Of a stretch of DNA of 64,000 nt, positions 8,434-19,497 are shown piece after piece. The stretch lies in assembly GCA_020854775.1 (NCBI GenBank), contig JAHKLZ010000008.1, positions 8,221 through 72,220 on the forward strand, written 5' to 3'. The notes under the pieces were generated by a model that saw only the letters and a program-made list of their open reading frames with translations, had not been told where the DNA came from and searched no databases. Position numbers and translations under genes: made by a program. Positions within the stretch are counted from its first letter, which is position 1, and each line of letters opens with the position of its first letter. The DNA is from Candidatus Woesearchaeota archaeon (GTDB lineage: Archaea > Nanobdellota > Nanobdellia > Woesearchaeales > 21-14-0-10-32-9).

Positions 8434-9906
8434 ATGGGAGCTAATAAACAAGAATTTAGTAAAGGAATCTCTGTGTCTAAGGATGAGAATTTCTCTGAGT
8501 GGTACACTGAGCTAATACAGAAAGCTGAGCTAGCAGATATGCGTTATAATGTTAAAGGATTTATTTGTTATATGCCTTGGTCAACAATTAGTATTAAAGA
8601 GATGTATAAAAAGTATGAGTCTGCTTTGGAAAAAACAGGTCATTTACCTCTTGTTATGCCTTCCGTTATTCCTGAGAGTAATTTCTTGTTGGAAGCTGAG
8701 CACGTTGAAGGTTTTGCTCCTGAAGTCTTCTGGGTTACTGAGACCGGAGATGGTCAGAAGTTGCAGGAAAAACTTGCTTTAAGACCTACTAGCGAGACTG
8801 CTTTATATAAAATGTATAGTTACTGGGTTAGGAGTTATAATGATTTGCCGTTTAAGAGGTATCAGTCTTGTCAGGTTTGGAGAGCTGAAGCCACTAAGGC
8901 GACTCGTCCATTTTTTAGAGCCAGGGAGTTTCATTGGATTGAGGCTCATAACGTTTTTGCTACTCTTGATGATGCTAGGGCTCAAGTCGTTGAAGATATG
9001 AATATTGCTTACGATATTCTTGGTAATGAATTCGCGATTCCTGTTTTGTTTTTTCAAAGACCTGAATGGGATAAGTTCCCTGGCGCCATTCATACTTACG
9101 CAGCGGATGCTTTGATGGATTCAGGTAAGGTTTTGCAATTACCTTCTACTCATTTGCTTGGTCAAAATTTTTCTAAGCCTTTTAATGTTAAGTTCATGGA
9201 TAAGGACGGTGAAGAAAAGCACGGTTTTATTACTTGTTATGGTCCTGCTATTAGTAGGATTTATGGAGCTATGATTTCTATTCTTGGTGATGATCAAGGA
9301 TTAATTCTTCCTTTTGATTTGGCCCCTAAACAAGTAGTCATAGTGCCTGTTTTGTTTAAGGGTAAAGAAGAACAAATTATTAAGAAGTGCGAGGAATTAA
9401 AAGCTTCTTTGGAAAAAGATTATTTAGTGGAGCTTGATTTAAGAGATATTAGTCCTGGTGAGAAATATAATCATTGGGAGCTTAAAGGAGTTCCTGTGAG
9501 ATTAGAGCTAGGCCCTAAGGATTTGGAAAAGAACCAAGTTGTTTTGGTTAAGAGAACTGATAAGAAAAAAGAGTTTGTTTCTTTGAAGGATTTAAGTAAT
9601 GTTTTAATTAATATTAAAAAGAGTTACACTAAAGAATTAAGAGATAAACAAATGCAGAAATTTAATGATTACATAGTTGATTGCGATACTATTAGCGACA
9701 TAAAAAAAGTTGTAGATAATAAGAAAATGGCAAGAACAGGTATGTGTTCTATTGATATGGATTCTTATTCTTGTGCTGAAAAGATAGAGAAGCAAACTGA
9801 TTCTTTTGTTCGTGGTAAAAAATTTGATGAAGAAAACACGAAGAAGAAATGTGTTGCTTGTGGTAAACCTGCGAGCGTAACTGTTTATGTCGCTAAGAGT
9901 TATTGA
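8434..9906 (+). CDS. proS: Prolyl-tRNA synthetase, archaeal/eukaryotic type
   Basis: 490 aa. Class II motifs FRAREFHWIEAH and GFITCYGPAISRIYGA. Anticodon-binding domain VVIVPV. C-terminal zinc-binding domain ending CVACGKPA...Y. Confidence 0.9.
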   Translation: MGANKQEFSKGISVSKDENFSEWYTELIQKAELADMRYNVKGFICYMPWSTISIKEMYKKYESALEKTGHLPLVMPSVIPESNFLLEAEHVEGFAPEVFWVTETGDGQKLQEKLALRPTSETALYKMYSYWVRSYNDLPFKRYQSCQVWRAEATKATRPFFRAREFHWIEAHNVFATLDDARAQVVEDMNIAYDILGNEFAIPVLFFQRPEWDKFPGAIHTYAADALMDSGKVLQLPSTHLLGQNFSKPFNVKFMDKDGEEKHGFITCYGPAISRIYGAMISILGDDQGLILPFDLAPKQVVIVPVLFKGKEEQIIKKCEELKASLEKDYLVELDLRDISPGEKYNHWELKGVPVRLELGPKDLEKNQVVLVKRTDKKKEFVSLKDLSNVLINIKKSYTKELRDKQMQKFNDYIVDCDTISDIKKVVDNKKMARTGMCSIDMDSYSCAEKIEKQTDSFVRGKKFDEENTKKKCVACGKPASVTVYVAKSY

Positions 9907-10651
9907 TTGAGCCTTCTTGCCAGTCTTTGAGTATGGTTCTGCTTACTCTGTCGATGTCAGGCAAGTTACCTTTTTTTAAGATTTTTCTTTTTTTTGCTAT
10001 TAATTCTATTTTTTCTTCTCCTTCTAATTCTTCAGGTATTTCGTAGTATTTTTCTATTAATCCAGGGAATTCTTCTAATATTCTTAGCACTACTAAATCA
10101 GGGTCTTTTATTTTGTTGTAATCAACAGTTCCTATCATTGCGTGTTTTTCTTTGTTTTTTTCACTGTAAGGAACCACTCCCGGAGTGTCTAAAAACACTA
10201 TTTTGTTATCTGCTCTTATTCTTTGTATTCCTTTTGTGAATCCACTGACACTACTAACTCCTGCTGAGCTTCTTCCATTCATAGCATTTATCAAAGAAGA
10301 TTTACCCACGTTAGGATATCCTAGTACACCTACTTGATAACATGTTTTTTCTGGATAGTGTTGTTTTCCTAGAATTATTAGTTTTTCTCTTAGCATTTTT
10401 AAGCCGTGATACTTAGTTGAAGAAACAAATATTGAAGGCTTAAATATTTTTTTTAGGTTTTCCGAGTCTTTTTGTTGTATTAAGTCACATTTTGTTAAAA
10501 CATATATGAATGGTTTTTTTGTTCTTAATATTTTGTCTTCTACTTCTTTGTTTCTTGTTTCTAAGCTAAGACGAGAATCTATTATTAATAGTAAGATATC
10601 TGCTTCTTTAATTACTTTGTTTACCGCGTTCCAAAAGTTAACCATGAACAT
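9893..10651 (-). CDS. Circularly permuted ribosome-biogenesis GTPase (YlqF/RbgA/Nug1-like, MMR_HSR1)
   Basis: G4 (LTKCDL) precedes G1 (GYPNVGKSS) and G3 (DTPGV), which is the permuted order typical of the YlqF/YawG family. Confidence 0.75.
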   Translation of the reverse strand: MFMVNFWNAVNKVIKEADILLLIIDSRLSLETRNKEVEDKILRTKKPFIYVLTKCDLIQQKDSENLKKIFKPSIFVSSTKYHGLKMLREKLIILGKQHYPEKTCYQVGVLGYPNVGKSSLINAMNGRSSAGVSSVSGFTKGIQRIRADNKIVFLDTPGVVPYSEKNKEKHAMIGTVDYNKIKDPDLVVLRILEEFPGLIEKYYEIPEELEGEEKIELIAKKRKILKKGNLPDIDRVSRTILKDWQEGSINNS

Positions 10652-10805
10652 TAGTAAATTTTTTAATTATTTAAAGTGAACGAAAACAAACAAATCTTAA
10701 AAAAACTAATTAATCACTACTTTTAAATAGTTAATTGATAGAAAGATTTATAAATCTGATAAATTTTCTAAAAGCACCCCAAAAAAAAAACACAGAGGTA
10801 AAAAT

Positions 10806-11192
10806 ATGTTAAATAACGTAAAAAAAACAATAAAAGTAATGCTAAACACAGAATCCGTGCAAAGATTAAACAGAATAAGAGACAATTCAATAGAACAAAT
10901 GTACGGAAACTTTAGAAACGGACATAATCCAGAAGACATAGTAGAAAAAATAAAATCATACCAAAGATTCGAAAAAGGAATAACACCATCAGAAATAATA
11001 ACTTATCTAGCTCTAAGAAAAGCAGTGAGTTTCGGAGAAAAACTAGAAACAGCAGATCCTAAATTCATATACAATGCAGGAATGGAAAGAATAAAACTAT
11101 ACACAGACAACATAGTAGAACCACTAGGAATAACTCAAAGAGACATAACAGACACATTCAAAAAACAATACAATAAGTTCCTGAAAAACTAA
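10806..11192 (+). CDS. Hypothetical protein (128 aa)
   Basis: The ORF is preceded by a GAGGT Shine-Dalgarno 7 nt upstream of the ATG. No recognisable domain. Confidence 0.45.
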   Translation: MLNNVKKTIKVMLNTESVQRLNRIRDNSIEQMYGNFRNGHNPEDIVEKIKSYQRFEKGITPSEIITYLALRKAVSFGEKLETADPKFIYNAGMERIKLYTDNIVEPLGITQRDITDTFKKQYNKFLKN

Positions 11193-11202
11193 AAAAAAAT
11201 TT

Positions 11203-13707
11203 TTATTTTTTTAAATTCTTTTCAATATCAGCCTTGAATCTTTCAAGAGTTTTAATTAAGTGTTCAGGTTGAGTCTTCAAATTAATAGCTGCTTCTTCTA
11301 AGACGTTACCTTTAGATTTTTCTTTACTTTCAAGTTTTAACTCTTGAAGCTTTCCTTTCTTAGATTTTTTCCAAGCCTCAAACAATTCCTGCGCCCTAGA
11401 AGGAATCTGTTCTGCTTCACAACCAAGAAGCAATTTTGCTTCATTTATAGTCTGTCTTTCTTTTTCAAAAAAATTCTCAGCAGCAGCACCAGCTATGAAT
11501 TCAAGCCTTATCACACCGTCCTGAATCTTACTAGTCCTAATAATCTTTATCCTTCCAACATCACCAGTAACATCTAAATGAGTACCACCACAAGCCTCAA
11601 CATCAAAATCAAGAACATTAACAATTCTTAATTCCTTACCAGGAACCGCGCCACCTTGATAAATACGGACACCATACTGCGCTTCAGCTACGTTACGCTT
11701 CATAAAAGATTTGTAAATAGGACGATTCTGCGCGACTACTTCATTAGCCAAATCCTCTATTTTTTTAATTTCATCAGAAGATAATTGTTCATAATGAGTA
11801 ATATCTAACCTACTCTTCTCCAACGTCTTAGAAGCACCCGCTTGCCAAACATGATCGCCAAGAATTCTTTTTGAAGAACCAGTAAGTAAATGCGTAGCGG
11901 TGTGATGCTGAGCCAATTGCATACGCCTATCAAAATCTATTTTACACTCAACAACAACCCCTTCTTTAAAATTAATATTTTTAAGTTCGTGTAAAACAAT
12001 GTTTCCTTGTTTTTTCACACTAATAACTTCTTCTCCATTAATAGTTCCCAAATCATGAATTTGACCACCACTAGTAGGATAAAAAGCAGTACTATCAAGA
12101 ATAACAAAATAAGAACTTTGTTTAATAATCTTTATCACGTTAGCTTTAAAATGAACCAAATCATAATGATTATAATACAAAATCTTTGTATTATTAACAC
12201 CTTCTAATTCGAATTTCTCCTCAACAATTAATTCTTTTTTTTCAGACAATGCGTGCTTCTCAGTGATTAAAGAATAAAAATTATCAGGAATCTCAACAAT
12301 TACTCCTTTCTTCTTAGCTTCTTCCCTAATAACTTCAGGATCCACGCCGTTACTATCATACACCTCTATTAATTTATCAACAGTTATTTCTTTCTGAATA
12401 AGTTTCTCAACTAATTTTTTGTTTCTCTCCTTACTTTCATCATATTTTTGTTTTTCAACCAAAAGAATCTTCTTTACATGACTTAGATTATTTGATAATT
12501 CAGGAAATAAACTCTTCAAAGAAGAAGCATGCCACTCACAAACATCACCCAAATCTAAATCCCAATTATTTTCATCAATGAATCTTAAAGCTCTACGAAG
12601 AATCATCCTTAAATTATAACCTCCTTTAACATTAGAAGGAAGAGCACCATCACTTATTGCGACTAACAAACTCCTAGAGTGCTCAGCAACTGAATACAAA
12701 GCTCTTAAAGGTAATAATTTATTTTTTAATTCATCAACACCCATACTCATTCTCTTAGCCACCAAGGACCAAGAATCATTCATATTATCAGATTCATCCA
12801 TGTTCAACAAAGAACCAAAAGGTAAATACTTCTTCAAAAATACTTCGTCGCGTTCAACACCTGTTTTTTTAATTAATTTATTCATCACATCAGGAAAAAC
12901 AGCATCATAAATAGTGCCAGAACCTTGAGAGAACCAAGCGATGCGCTCATGACCCATACCCATATCCAAAACTTTTAATTTAAGATTCTTAGGACCATCA
13001 AGCGTTTGTTCAAATAACATATAAACTTGATTAGCTAATTCCGCGCCGCGACAAAAGAACTCCATGCAAGAACCAAAATTACCACCACCAGCCCAAGCAT
13101 CTTCATGAATCAACAATTCTTTCTCAGGAATACCAACAACTATGATGAACCAATCAAGCAAATCCTTAAAATATTTATCTTGATCCCAATCCTGCTCAGA
13201 CATAAACGCGTGCTGACCAATCATAACGAACCCTGTATGATGAGACATAGTTATACCCACGTTATCAACATCATTAAACCTCAAAGAAAATTGAGGAACA
13301 ACTAAAGGATTCGCAGGAGGATCAACATCACCATTCACAACGTAAGGCTGAAAATCATAAATGCTAGCCTGAACAAAATCCGTATCTTCACGCCAACGAG
13401 CAACCACTGAATAACGAGGAATAGGCGTATACCCCCTAGAACTCATAAAATCAGAAAATTCTTTCCAAACCTGAACATAAGACATATTCTTATTAACAAC
13501 GAAATCATCAAAGAACTGAAAACCCCCACTACACGAAGGCTCACCACACAAAGTCCTTTCTAAATCTTTAGTCCAAAAATAAACACCACAAGAACAATGC
13601 TTACGAACAAAACCCTCCTCAACAAGTTTCTTAGTTGGAAAATATTCATCAGGATTCTTATTAACTTCTAATTTGAATTCTTTCTTGACTTGCTTATCCG
13701 GTTTCAC
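11203..13707 (-). CDS. alaS: Alanyl-tRNA synthetase (archaeal type)
   Basis: 834 aa. N-terminal catalytic core. Editing-domain HxxxH (HHTATHLL) and CGGTH motifs. C-terminal DHHA1-like segment. Confidence 0.9.
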   Translation of the reverse strand: MKPDKQVKKEFKLEVNKNPDEYFPTKKLVEEGFVRKHCSCGVYFWTKDLERTLCGEPSCSGGFQFFDDFVVNKNMSYVQVWKEFSDFMSSRGYTPIPRYSVVARWREDTDFVQASIYDFQPYVVNGDVDPPANPLVVPQFSLRFNDVDNVGITMSHHTGFVMIGQHAFMSEQDWDQDKYFKDLLDWFIIVVGIPEKELLIHEDAWAGGGNFGSCMEFFCRGAELANQVYMLFEQTLDGPKNLKLKVLDMGMGHERIAWFSQGSGTIYDAVFPDVMNKLIKKTGVERDEVFLKKYLPFGSLLNMDESDNMNDSWSLVAKRMSMGVDELKNKLLPLRALYSVAEHSRSLLVAISDGALPSNVKGGYNLRMILRRALRFIDENNWDLDLGDVCEWHASSLKSLFPELSNNLSHVKKILLVEKQKYDESKERNKKLVEKLIQKEITVDKLIEVYDSNGVDPEVIREEAKKKGVIVEIPDNFYSLITEKHALSEKKELIVEEKFELEGVNNTKILYYNHYDLVHFKANVIKIIKQSSYFVILDSTAFYPTSGGQIHDLGTINGEEVISVKKQGNIVLHELKNINFKEGVVVECKIDFDRRMQLAQHHTATHLLTGSSKRILGDHVWQAGASKTLEKSRLDITHYEQLSSDEIKKIEDLANEVVAQNRPIYKSFMKRNVAEAQYGVRIYQGGAVPGKELRIVNVLDFDVEACGGTHLDVTGDVGRIKIIRTSKIQDGVIRLEFIAGAAAENFFEKERQTINEAKLLLGCEAEQIPSRAQELFEAWKKSKKGKLQELKLESKEKSKGNVLEEAAINLKTQPEHLIKTLERFKADIEKNLKK

Positions 13708-13770
13708 ATAATCACCTAGTATTTAATAAAAGAAAACTTTTTTGTTTTTATATGTTACTATAAAAACAAA

Positions 13771-15918
13771 TTAAGAATACTTAGCGATTAAACTTAGTAA
13801 TTCATCTCCGAACTTCTTTATTTTCTCAGAACCAATACCTTTAACAAGACCTAGTTCATCTACATCCAAAGGAGCTTTTTCTATTAATTCTAGAAGAGTA
13901 GAATCATGAAAAATAGTAAAAGCAGGAATTCCTAAAGAAATACTCTTATTTTTTCTCCAAACCTTTAACTCTTCTAAAAGTAACAACTTAGCTTTATTAT
14001 TCAAACGAGAATCAACAAAAGACTCCGATAAAACATCTTTTTTTCCTTTATCACTAAACATGAACTTAGCAGATTTACCTTTCTCAGCCAATAAACGCAT
14101 CTCAGAAGAAATAAAATAAGAAGGATTTTTACCCGAATAAGTCATCACGAGTTTTTTCTTAGCCCTACTAACAGCTACGTAAAACAAACGACGCTCCTCT
14201 TCTTCTTTATCATAATCCTTAATCTTAATAAGCTCAGCAACAGGGTGCTCAGAAGTCTTACAAGGAAAATTCATAGAGTTACAACCAAGAACAAAAACTA
14301 ATTCAGATTCTAAACCCTTAATTGCGTGAACCGTAGCCAAAGTAACTTCTCCTTTCTTAGCATCAACTTTCTTAATTTGTTCATCACTCTTCACAACGTG
14401 AGAAACATTATTATTTTTAAGAAGCCTAGAAAATTCATTAAGCGTCTTATTAGTGCGAGCAAGAACAAAAATTTCTTCTCTAGGAATTTCAGAACCTAGA
14501 ATTGCTTGAAGAACAAATAAATGCTCTTCTTCCTCTGACTTAAATTTTAAAAGCTTCAAAAAACCTTCTTCTTCCAACACAGATTCTAAGTCAGGCATAT
14601 TCAATTTTTTAATCGCCAAATTCATAAATTGAACCAACAATTTTTGAGAACGATAATTTTTTCTTAAAAAAATAACTTCTACATCATCATGACTTTGTTC
14701 AAATTCCATTATGAACTTAATATCAGAACCACGCCAACCAAAAATAGATTGTCTAGGATCACCAACACAAAACAAATTCTCAGAATTTAACAATTCAACC
14801 AAATCCATCTGAGAAGAATTAACATCTTGAAATTCATCAATTAAAATATGATCAAATTCAGGAACTAAAGAAGAATTATTTCTAAAAAAAGATAAAGCAT
14901 CAAGTAACTGATCAGAAAAATCACGAAGACCCCTCTCAGCCATGTATTCCTCTAATTCTTTACAAGTATTATACAGTAATTGAGCGCTTCTTAAAGAACT
15001 AGAAGGCGCATCCTTAGAAAAATCAACTAATCCACCTCTTGCCTTAAAAGTATCCAAAGCCAAAAAACAATCATTCATGAATATGGCTGCTAATTGATCA
15101 TCAGTTTTACCGCGTCTTTGAGCATAAGAAAAATAAATACTTAAAGCATCTCTTAAATTCAAACCTTGCTCTTGCAAAGCCCTCCTAATACCAACAATTT
15201 TATCTTTAAAAGACATAACCCTTACGGGCTTATCATAAATCAAATCGTTATGCAATCTTAAAACTTTTTCACAAAAAGAATTAAAAGTTTCAACCCTAGC
15301 ATTAGTAATTCCTGAAGATTCTAATCTATACATCATTTCTTGTCTTGCTTTCCTAGTAAAAGTAATCGCTAAAATCCTAGAAGGATTAACACCCCTGTAC
15401 TTAATCAAGAATTCCACTCTCTTAGTTAAAACCCTAGTCTTACCAGAACCCGCACCCGCGACACAAACAACGTTCTTAGAAGGAGTAACCACTGCTTTTT
15501 TTTGTTCATCATTCAAATCTTTAAGAAAAAAATCAAAATTCTTAAACAATTCTTTCTCAGAGCTTGAAATAAAAGTTTTTTGATTATTAGAAAAAGCCAA
15601 TTTTCGTTTAAAAAAAGTAGGCTTACGAAGCTCATCAACACCCTTCACAGAAATCTTTAAGACCTTAGCATATTTGTTAATAGTACTAAAAGAGATTTGT
15701 TCAATGAAACCATGCCTTATCAGAGAATCAACAACCATGCTTAATTCTTCTTTAGAATAAGCCAAATCACCAAAACAATTTAATTCATGCAATTTATTAC
15801 GCTCAACAGAAGGATTATTAATATCACCAATTAAAATATCAATCAATAAATTTTTCCCAACATTAAAAGGAACCTCTTTTAAAGCTCTCAAAACAAGTAA
15901 ATAATCTTTTTCGTCCAT
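13771..15918 (-). CDS. UvrD/PcrA-type superfamily 1 DNA helicase with an N-terminal winged-helix (RQC-like) extension and a C-terminal HRDC-like domain
   Basis: Walker A VCVAGAGSGKTRVLTKRV. UvrD motif II ILIDEFQDVN. RQSIFGWRG. C-terminal IPAFTIFHDSTLLELIEKAPLDVDELGLVKGIGSEKIKKFG is HRDC-like. N-terminal LLVLRALKEVPFNVGKNLLIDILIG is winged-helix-like. Confidence 0.8.
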   Translation of the reverse strand: MDEKDYLLVLRALKEVPFNVGKNLLIDILIGDINNPSVERNKLHELNCFGDLAYSKEELSMVVDSLIRHGFIEQISFSTINKYAKVLKISVKGVDELRKPTFFKRKLAFSNNQKTFISSSEKELFKNFDFFLKDLNDEQKKAVVTPSKNVVCVAGAGSGKTRVLTKRVEFLIKYRGVNPSRILAITFTRKARQEMMYRLESSGITNARVETFNSFCEKVLRLHNDLIYDKPVRVMSFKDKIVGIRRALQEQGLNLRDALSIYFSYAQRRGKTDDQLAAIFMNDCFLALDTFKARGGLVDFSKDAPSSSLRSAQLLYNTCKELEEYMAERGLRDFSDQLLDALSFFRNNSSLVPEFDHILIDEFQDVNSSQMDLVELLNSENLFCVGDPRQSIFGWRGSDIKFIMEFEQSHDDVEVIFLRKNYRSQKLLVQFMNLAIKKLNMPDLESVLEEEGFLKLLKFKSEEEEHLFVLQAILGSEIPREEIFVLARTNKTLNEFSRLLKNNNVSHVVKSDEQIKKVDAKKGEVTLATVHAIKGLESELVFVLGCNSMNFPCKTSEHPVAELIKIKDYDKEEEERRLFYVAVSRAKKKLVMTYSGKNPSYFISSEMRLLAEKGKSAKFMFSDKGKKDVLSESFVDSRLNNKAKLLLLEELKVWRKNKSISLGIPAFTIFHDSTLLELIEKAPLDVDELGLVKGIGSEKIKKFGDELLSLIAKYS

Positions 15919-16009
15919 AAAATCACTCTAATAAATAAAAGGATTAGAAAAAACCTTTTTAATGATTGCGCATAAATGACTAGTGCAAAAAAAATAAAAA
16001 AAAAAGTTC

Positions 16010-19000
16010 TTAAGAGCAACCAGTAGTATTGCCACAATCTTCACAAACAGCACAACTACCACTTCTCTTAAGCTTCATAGATCCACAACCAGAACATTGC
16101 TCACCAGTATAACCCTTAGATTTAGCTTCATAAACCTCTGCTTCTTTTCCAGATATTCTTAGTTGTCTTTCCTTCGAAGGCTCAGGTAATTTAGTATCTG
16201 ATTTAGTATCTGAAGCCTCCATGGTTTTAACGTGGACAAAGTCCTTTCTACCAAGATACTCATAACCAAGAGTTCTAAACACATAATCCAATATGGACGT
16301 AGCGTTTTTAATCACAGGATGACCCATAACCATACCTGCGGGTTCAAATCTTGTAAATGTAAAAGAATCCACGAATTCTTCTAAAGGAACACCATACTGC
16401 AATCCCTTAGATATAGCTACTGCGAAACAATTCAATAAAGCACCATAAGAAGCGCCTTCCTTGTAAGTATCAAGGAAAATCTCTCCTAAAGAACCATCTG
16501 CATATTCGCCTGTTCTAAGGAAAACTTTTTGACCACCAACAACTGCTTCTTGAACAAAACCCGTGCGCTTAGCAGGCATCTTTTTTTGCTTAAGCTTATA
16601 CACAACTTGCTCATGAATCTTCTTACTATCAACAGTTTCATCAATGTCATCAGATTGCTTAAGCAACAATAATTCTGCATCTTCCTCAGAAGACGAACTA
16701 AGCGGTTGACTAAGCTTACACCCATCCCTGTAAAGAGCAACTGCTTTAACCATTAATTTCCAAGCATCTTTATGAGCACGAGCAACATCATTAATACTAG
16801 CATGCTTATCCATGTTAATAGTTTTACTAATAGCCCCTGAGATAAAAGGTTGAACCGCAGCCATCATTTGAATATGACCTGAATAATTAATGAATCTTTC
16901 ACCAGTTTTACCACATCTATTCGCACAATCAAACACAGAAATATGCTCTTGCTTAAGATGAGGTGCCCCCTCAACAGTCATAGTACCACAAACATACTTC
17001 TCTGCTTTAGCAATATCTTCTTTAGAAAAACCAAGAGCTTCCAAAACATTAAGCTCAGGCTTATTTATTTGCTCATCAGTGAAACCAAGCTCTTTAAGAG
17101 CATCATCTCCTAGAGTCCACTTAGTGAAAGCATATTTCAACTCAAAAACAGTTTTAAGCTGAGACTCAACTTTTTGAATAGCCACGTCAGTGAAACCTTT
17201 TTCTTTTAAAGATTCATGATTAATACCAGGACTATCTTTTAAAGTCCCACTACCAACACAATAAGTAACTATTTCTTTAATTTCTTGATCATTATAGCCA
17301 AGAACTTCAAGAGCAGAAGGAACTGATTGGTTAACAATCTTAAAAAAACCTCCCCCAGCTAACTTTTTGAATTTGACTAAAGCAAAATCAGGCTCAATAC
17401 CAGTAGTATCACAATCCATGACTAACCCGATCGTGCCCGTAGGCGCAAGAACAGTTACTTGAGCGTTCCTATAACCATACTCTTCACCCCAAGATAATGC
17501 ATTATCCCAACAAGAACGAGCATGTTTAATCATATAATCAGGACAAGCTTCAGGACTTAAACCAACAGGCTTAATAGTTAAACCTTCATACTCAGAAGGC
17601 TTAGCATTATACGCTGCGCGTCTATGATTTCTAATTACACGAAGCATATCATCTCTGTTATTATCATATCTTGAAAAAGGACCTTGAGCTCTAGCAAGTT
17701 CAGCAGAAGTAGTATAGCTCTGACCACCCATTATAGCAGTAATAGAAGACGCAAAACCTCTTCCTTCCGGACTATCATATGCTAAGCCCATCCTCATCAA
17801 TAAAGCACCAATGTTAGCGTAACCTAAACCAAGGGTTCTGTACAAATAACTCTTTTGAGCAATTTCCTTACTAGGAAACTGAGCCATCAAAACAGAAATC
17901 TCTAAGACAGTAGTCCATAAACGCACCGCGTGTTTAAACTTATCAACATCAAACATCTTGGTACCTTCATCATAAAACTTAGTCAAATTAAGACTGGCCA
18001 AATTACAAGCAGTATCATCCAAGAACATGTATTCAGAACAAGGATTACTAGCATTAATTCTTCCATCGTTAGGACATGTATGCCACTCATTTATAGTATC
18101 ATCAAATTGAACACCTGGATCCGCACTCATCCAAGAAGAATAATTAATCAAATCCCAAAGCTTAGAAGCCTTAATTGTTTTGTGAACCTTACCATCAGTT
18201 CTTCTAAGTAAGTGCCAATCATCATCTTTATGCAAAGCTTCAAAAAACTTGTTAGGAACACGAACAGAGTTATTACTGTTTTGTCCAGCAACAGTCAAAT
18301 AAGCTTCAGATTCATAATTAGAATCCATAACTAAAAAATCAATTTCTTTTTTATCTTGCTTAACAAGCATCAAAGCACGCTGAACATAATTAATAGAAAC
18401 ATCAGCATCAAGCGCTTTTTTAACTGCTTTTCTTAAAACAGCATTTTCTTTAAGATTAACTGATTTCTTTTCATACGCAATTTTCATTATGTTATTAAGA
18501 TGATTCTTACAAGTAATACTACCTTGAACAAGCGCAGCTACTTTTTGTTCTTCTTTCATCTTCCAAGAAACAAAATCTTCAATTTCTGGATGATCAAGAT
18601 CTAAACAAACCATTTTAGCAGCTCTACGAGTAGTACCTCCTGATTTAATAGCACCAGCAGCCCTATCAAAAACAGTTAAAAAAGATAACAAACCAGAAGA
18701 TTTTCCACCACCAGATAAGTGTTCGCCTTTACCTCTAATCGTAGAGAAATTAGTACCTGTGCCAGAACCATATTTGAATAATCTTACTTCCCTGGTTATT
18801 AAATCAAATAAGCCACCTTCATTCACTAAGTCATCTCTTATTGTTTGAATAAAACAAGCATGAGGCTGTGGCCTACTATAAGCATCTTCTGATTTTCTGA
18901 CTTCACCACTTTCAGGATCCGCGTAGAAATGACCTTGAGGTTCCCCTCTGATGCCATAAGCAGTAAATAATCCTGTATTAAACCATTGCGGACTGTTAGG

Positions 19001-19480
19001 CGCGCACATTTGATTAAGCAACATATACACTAATTCATCATAAAACGCGGCCGCATCATTATCTGATTTGAAATAACCGTAACGAACACCCCAATCAGTC
19101 CAACAACCTGCTAATCTATGAACTACTTGTTTAACGCTACGTTCAGGACCGAGAACTAATTTGCCATTTTCATCAACAGCGAATCTGCCTTCATCAGTTA
19201 TTTGAGGAACACCTTTTTTTCTTAAATATTTTTGAGCCAATATATCCGTAGCCATTTGGCTCCAAGAAGAAGGAACTTCTACTTGTTTTATTTCATAAAC
19301 AACTGATCCATCATTATTCTTTATAATTGAATCTTTGTATGTATACTCAAATAATTCATAAGGAGACTTTCCTTCATGAGTAAACATTCTCTTAACTGAT
19401 AAACCCTTATCAGAAAAAACCGCGTTGGTTATGTTGTCAACAAACTTCTTACCGTACACATTGTATTTTTTTTCATCCAT
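16010..19480 (-). CDS. nrdJ: Adenosylcobalamin-dependent ribonucleotide reductase, class II (NrdJ), with C-terminal zinc ribbon
   Basis: 1156 aa. Active-site NPCSEYMFLDDTACNLASLNL. Thiyl-radical Cys loop. C-terminal CSGCGS...CAVCEDCG. Starts 17 nt downstream of nrdR. Confidence 0.9.
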   Translation of the reverse strand: MDEKKYNVYGKKFVDNITNAVFSDKGLSVKRMFTHEGKSPYELFEYTYKDSIIKNNDGSVVYEIKQVEVPSSWSQMATDILAQKYLRKKGVPQITDEGRFAVDENGKLVLGPERSVKQVVHRLAGCWTDWGVRYGYFKSDNDAAAFYDELVYMLLNQMCAPNSPQWFNTGLFTAYGIRGEPQGHFYADPESGEVRKSEDAYSRPQPHACFIQTIRDDLVNEGGLFDLITREVRLFKYGSGTGTNFSTIRGKGEHLSGGGKSSGLLSFLTVFDRAAGAIKSGGTTRRAAKMVCLDLDHPEIEDFVSWKMKEEQKVAALVQGSITCKNHLNNIMKIAYEKKSVNLKENAVLRKAVKKALDADVSINYVQRALMLVKQDKKEIDFLVMDSNYESEAYLTVAGQNSNNSVRVPNKFFEALHKDDDWHLLRRTDGKVHKTIKASKLWDLINYSSWMSADPGVQFDDTINEWHTCPNDGRINASNPCSEYMFLDDTACNLASLNLTKFYDEGTKMFDVDKFKHAVRLWTTVLEISVLMAQFPSKEIAQKSYLYRTLGLGYANIGALLMRMGLAYDSPEGRGFASSITAIMGGQSYTTSAELARAQGPFSRYDNNRDDMLRVIRNHRRAAYNAKPSEYEGLTIKPVGLSPEACPDYMIKHARSCWDNALSWGEEYGYRNAQVTVLAPTGTIGLVMDCDTTGIEPDFALVKFKKLAGGGFFKIVNQSVPSALEVLGYNDQEIKEIVTYCVGSGTLKDSPGINHESLKEKGFTDVAIQKVESQLKTVFELKYAFTKWTLGDDALKELGFTDEQINKPELNVLEALGFSKEDIAKAEKYVCGTMTVEGAPHLKQEHISVFDCANRCGKTGERFINYSGHIQMMAAVQPFISGAISKTINMDKHASINDVARAHKDAWKLMVKAVALYRDGCKLSQPLSSSSEEDAELLLLKQSDDIDETVDSKKIHEQVVYKLKQKKMPAKRTGFVQEAVVGGQKVFLRTGEYADGSLGEIFLDTYKEGASYGALLNCFAVAISKGLQYGVPLEEFVDSFTFTRFEPAGMVMGHPVIKNATSILDYVFRTLGYEYLGRKDFVHVKTMEASDTKSDTKLPEPSKERQLRISGKEAEVYEAKSKGYTGEQCSGCGSMKLKRSGSCAVCEDCGNTTGCS

Positions 19481-19497
19481 TCATATTCACCTAAACA

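Noticed and set aside
16010-19480. Possible intein or other insertion to explain the 1156-aa length of NrdJ
   Set aside because: I see no intein block motifs (an N-terminal Cys/Ser splice junction followed by a homing-endonuclease LAGLIDADG motif, or a C-terminal HN-C/S/T). The sequence is continuous RNR-like throughout. The extra length appears to come from N-terminal and insert regions typical of archaeal and Thermoplasma-type class II enzymes, plus the zinc-ribbon tail.
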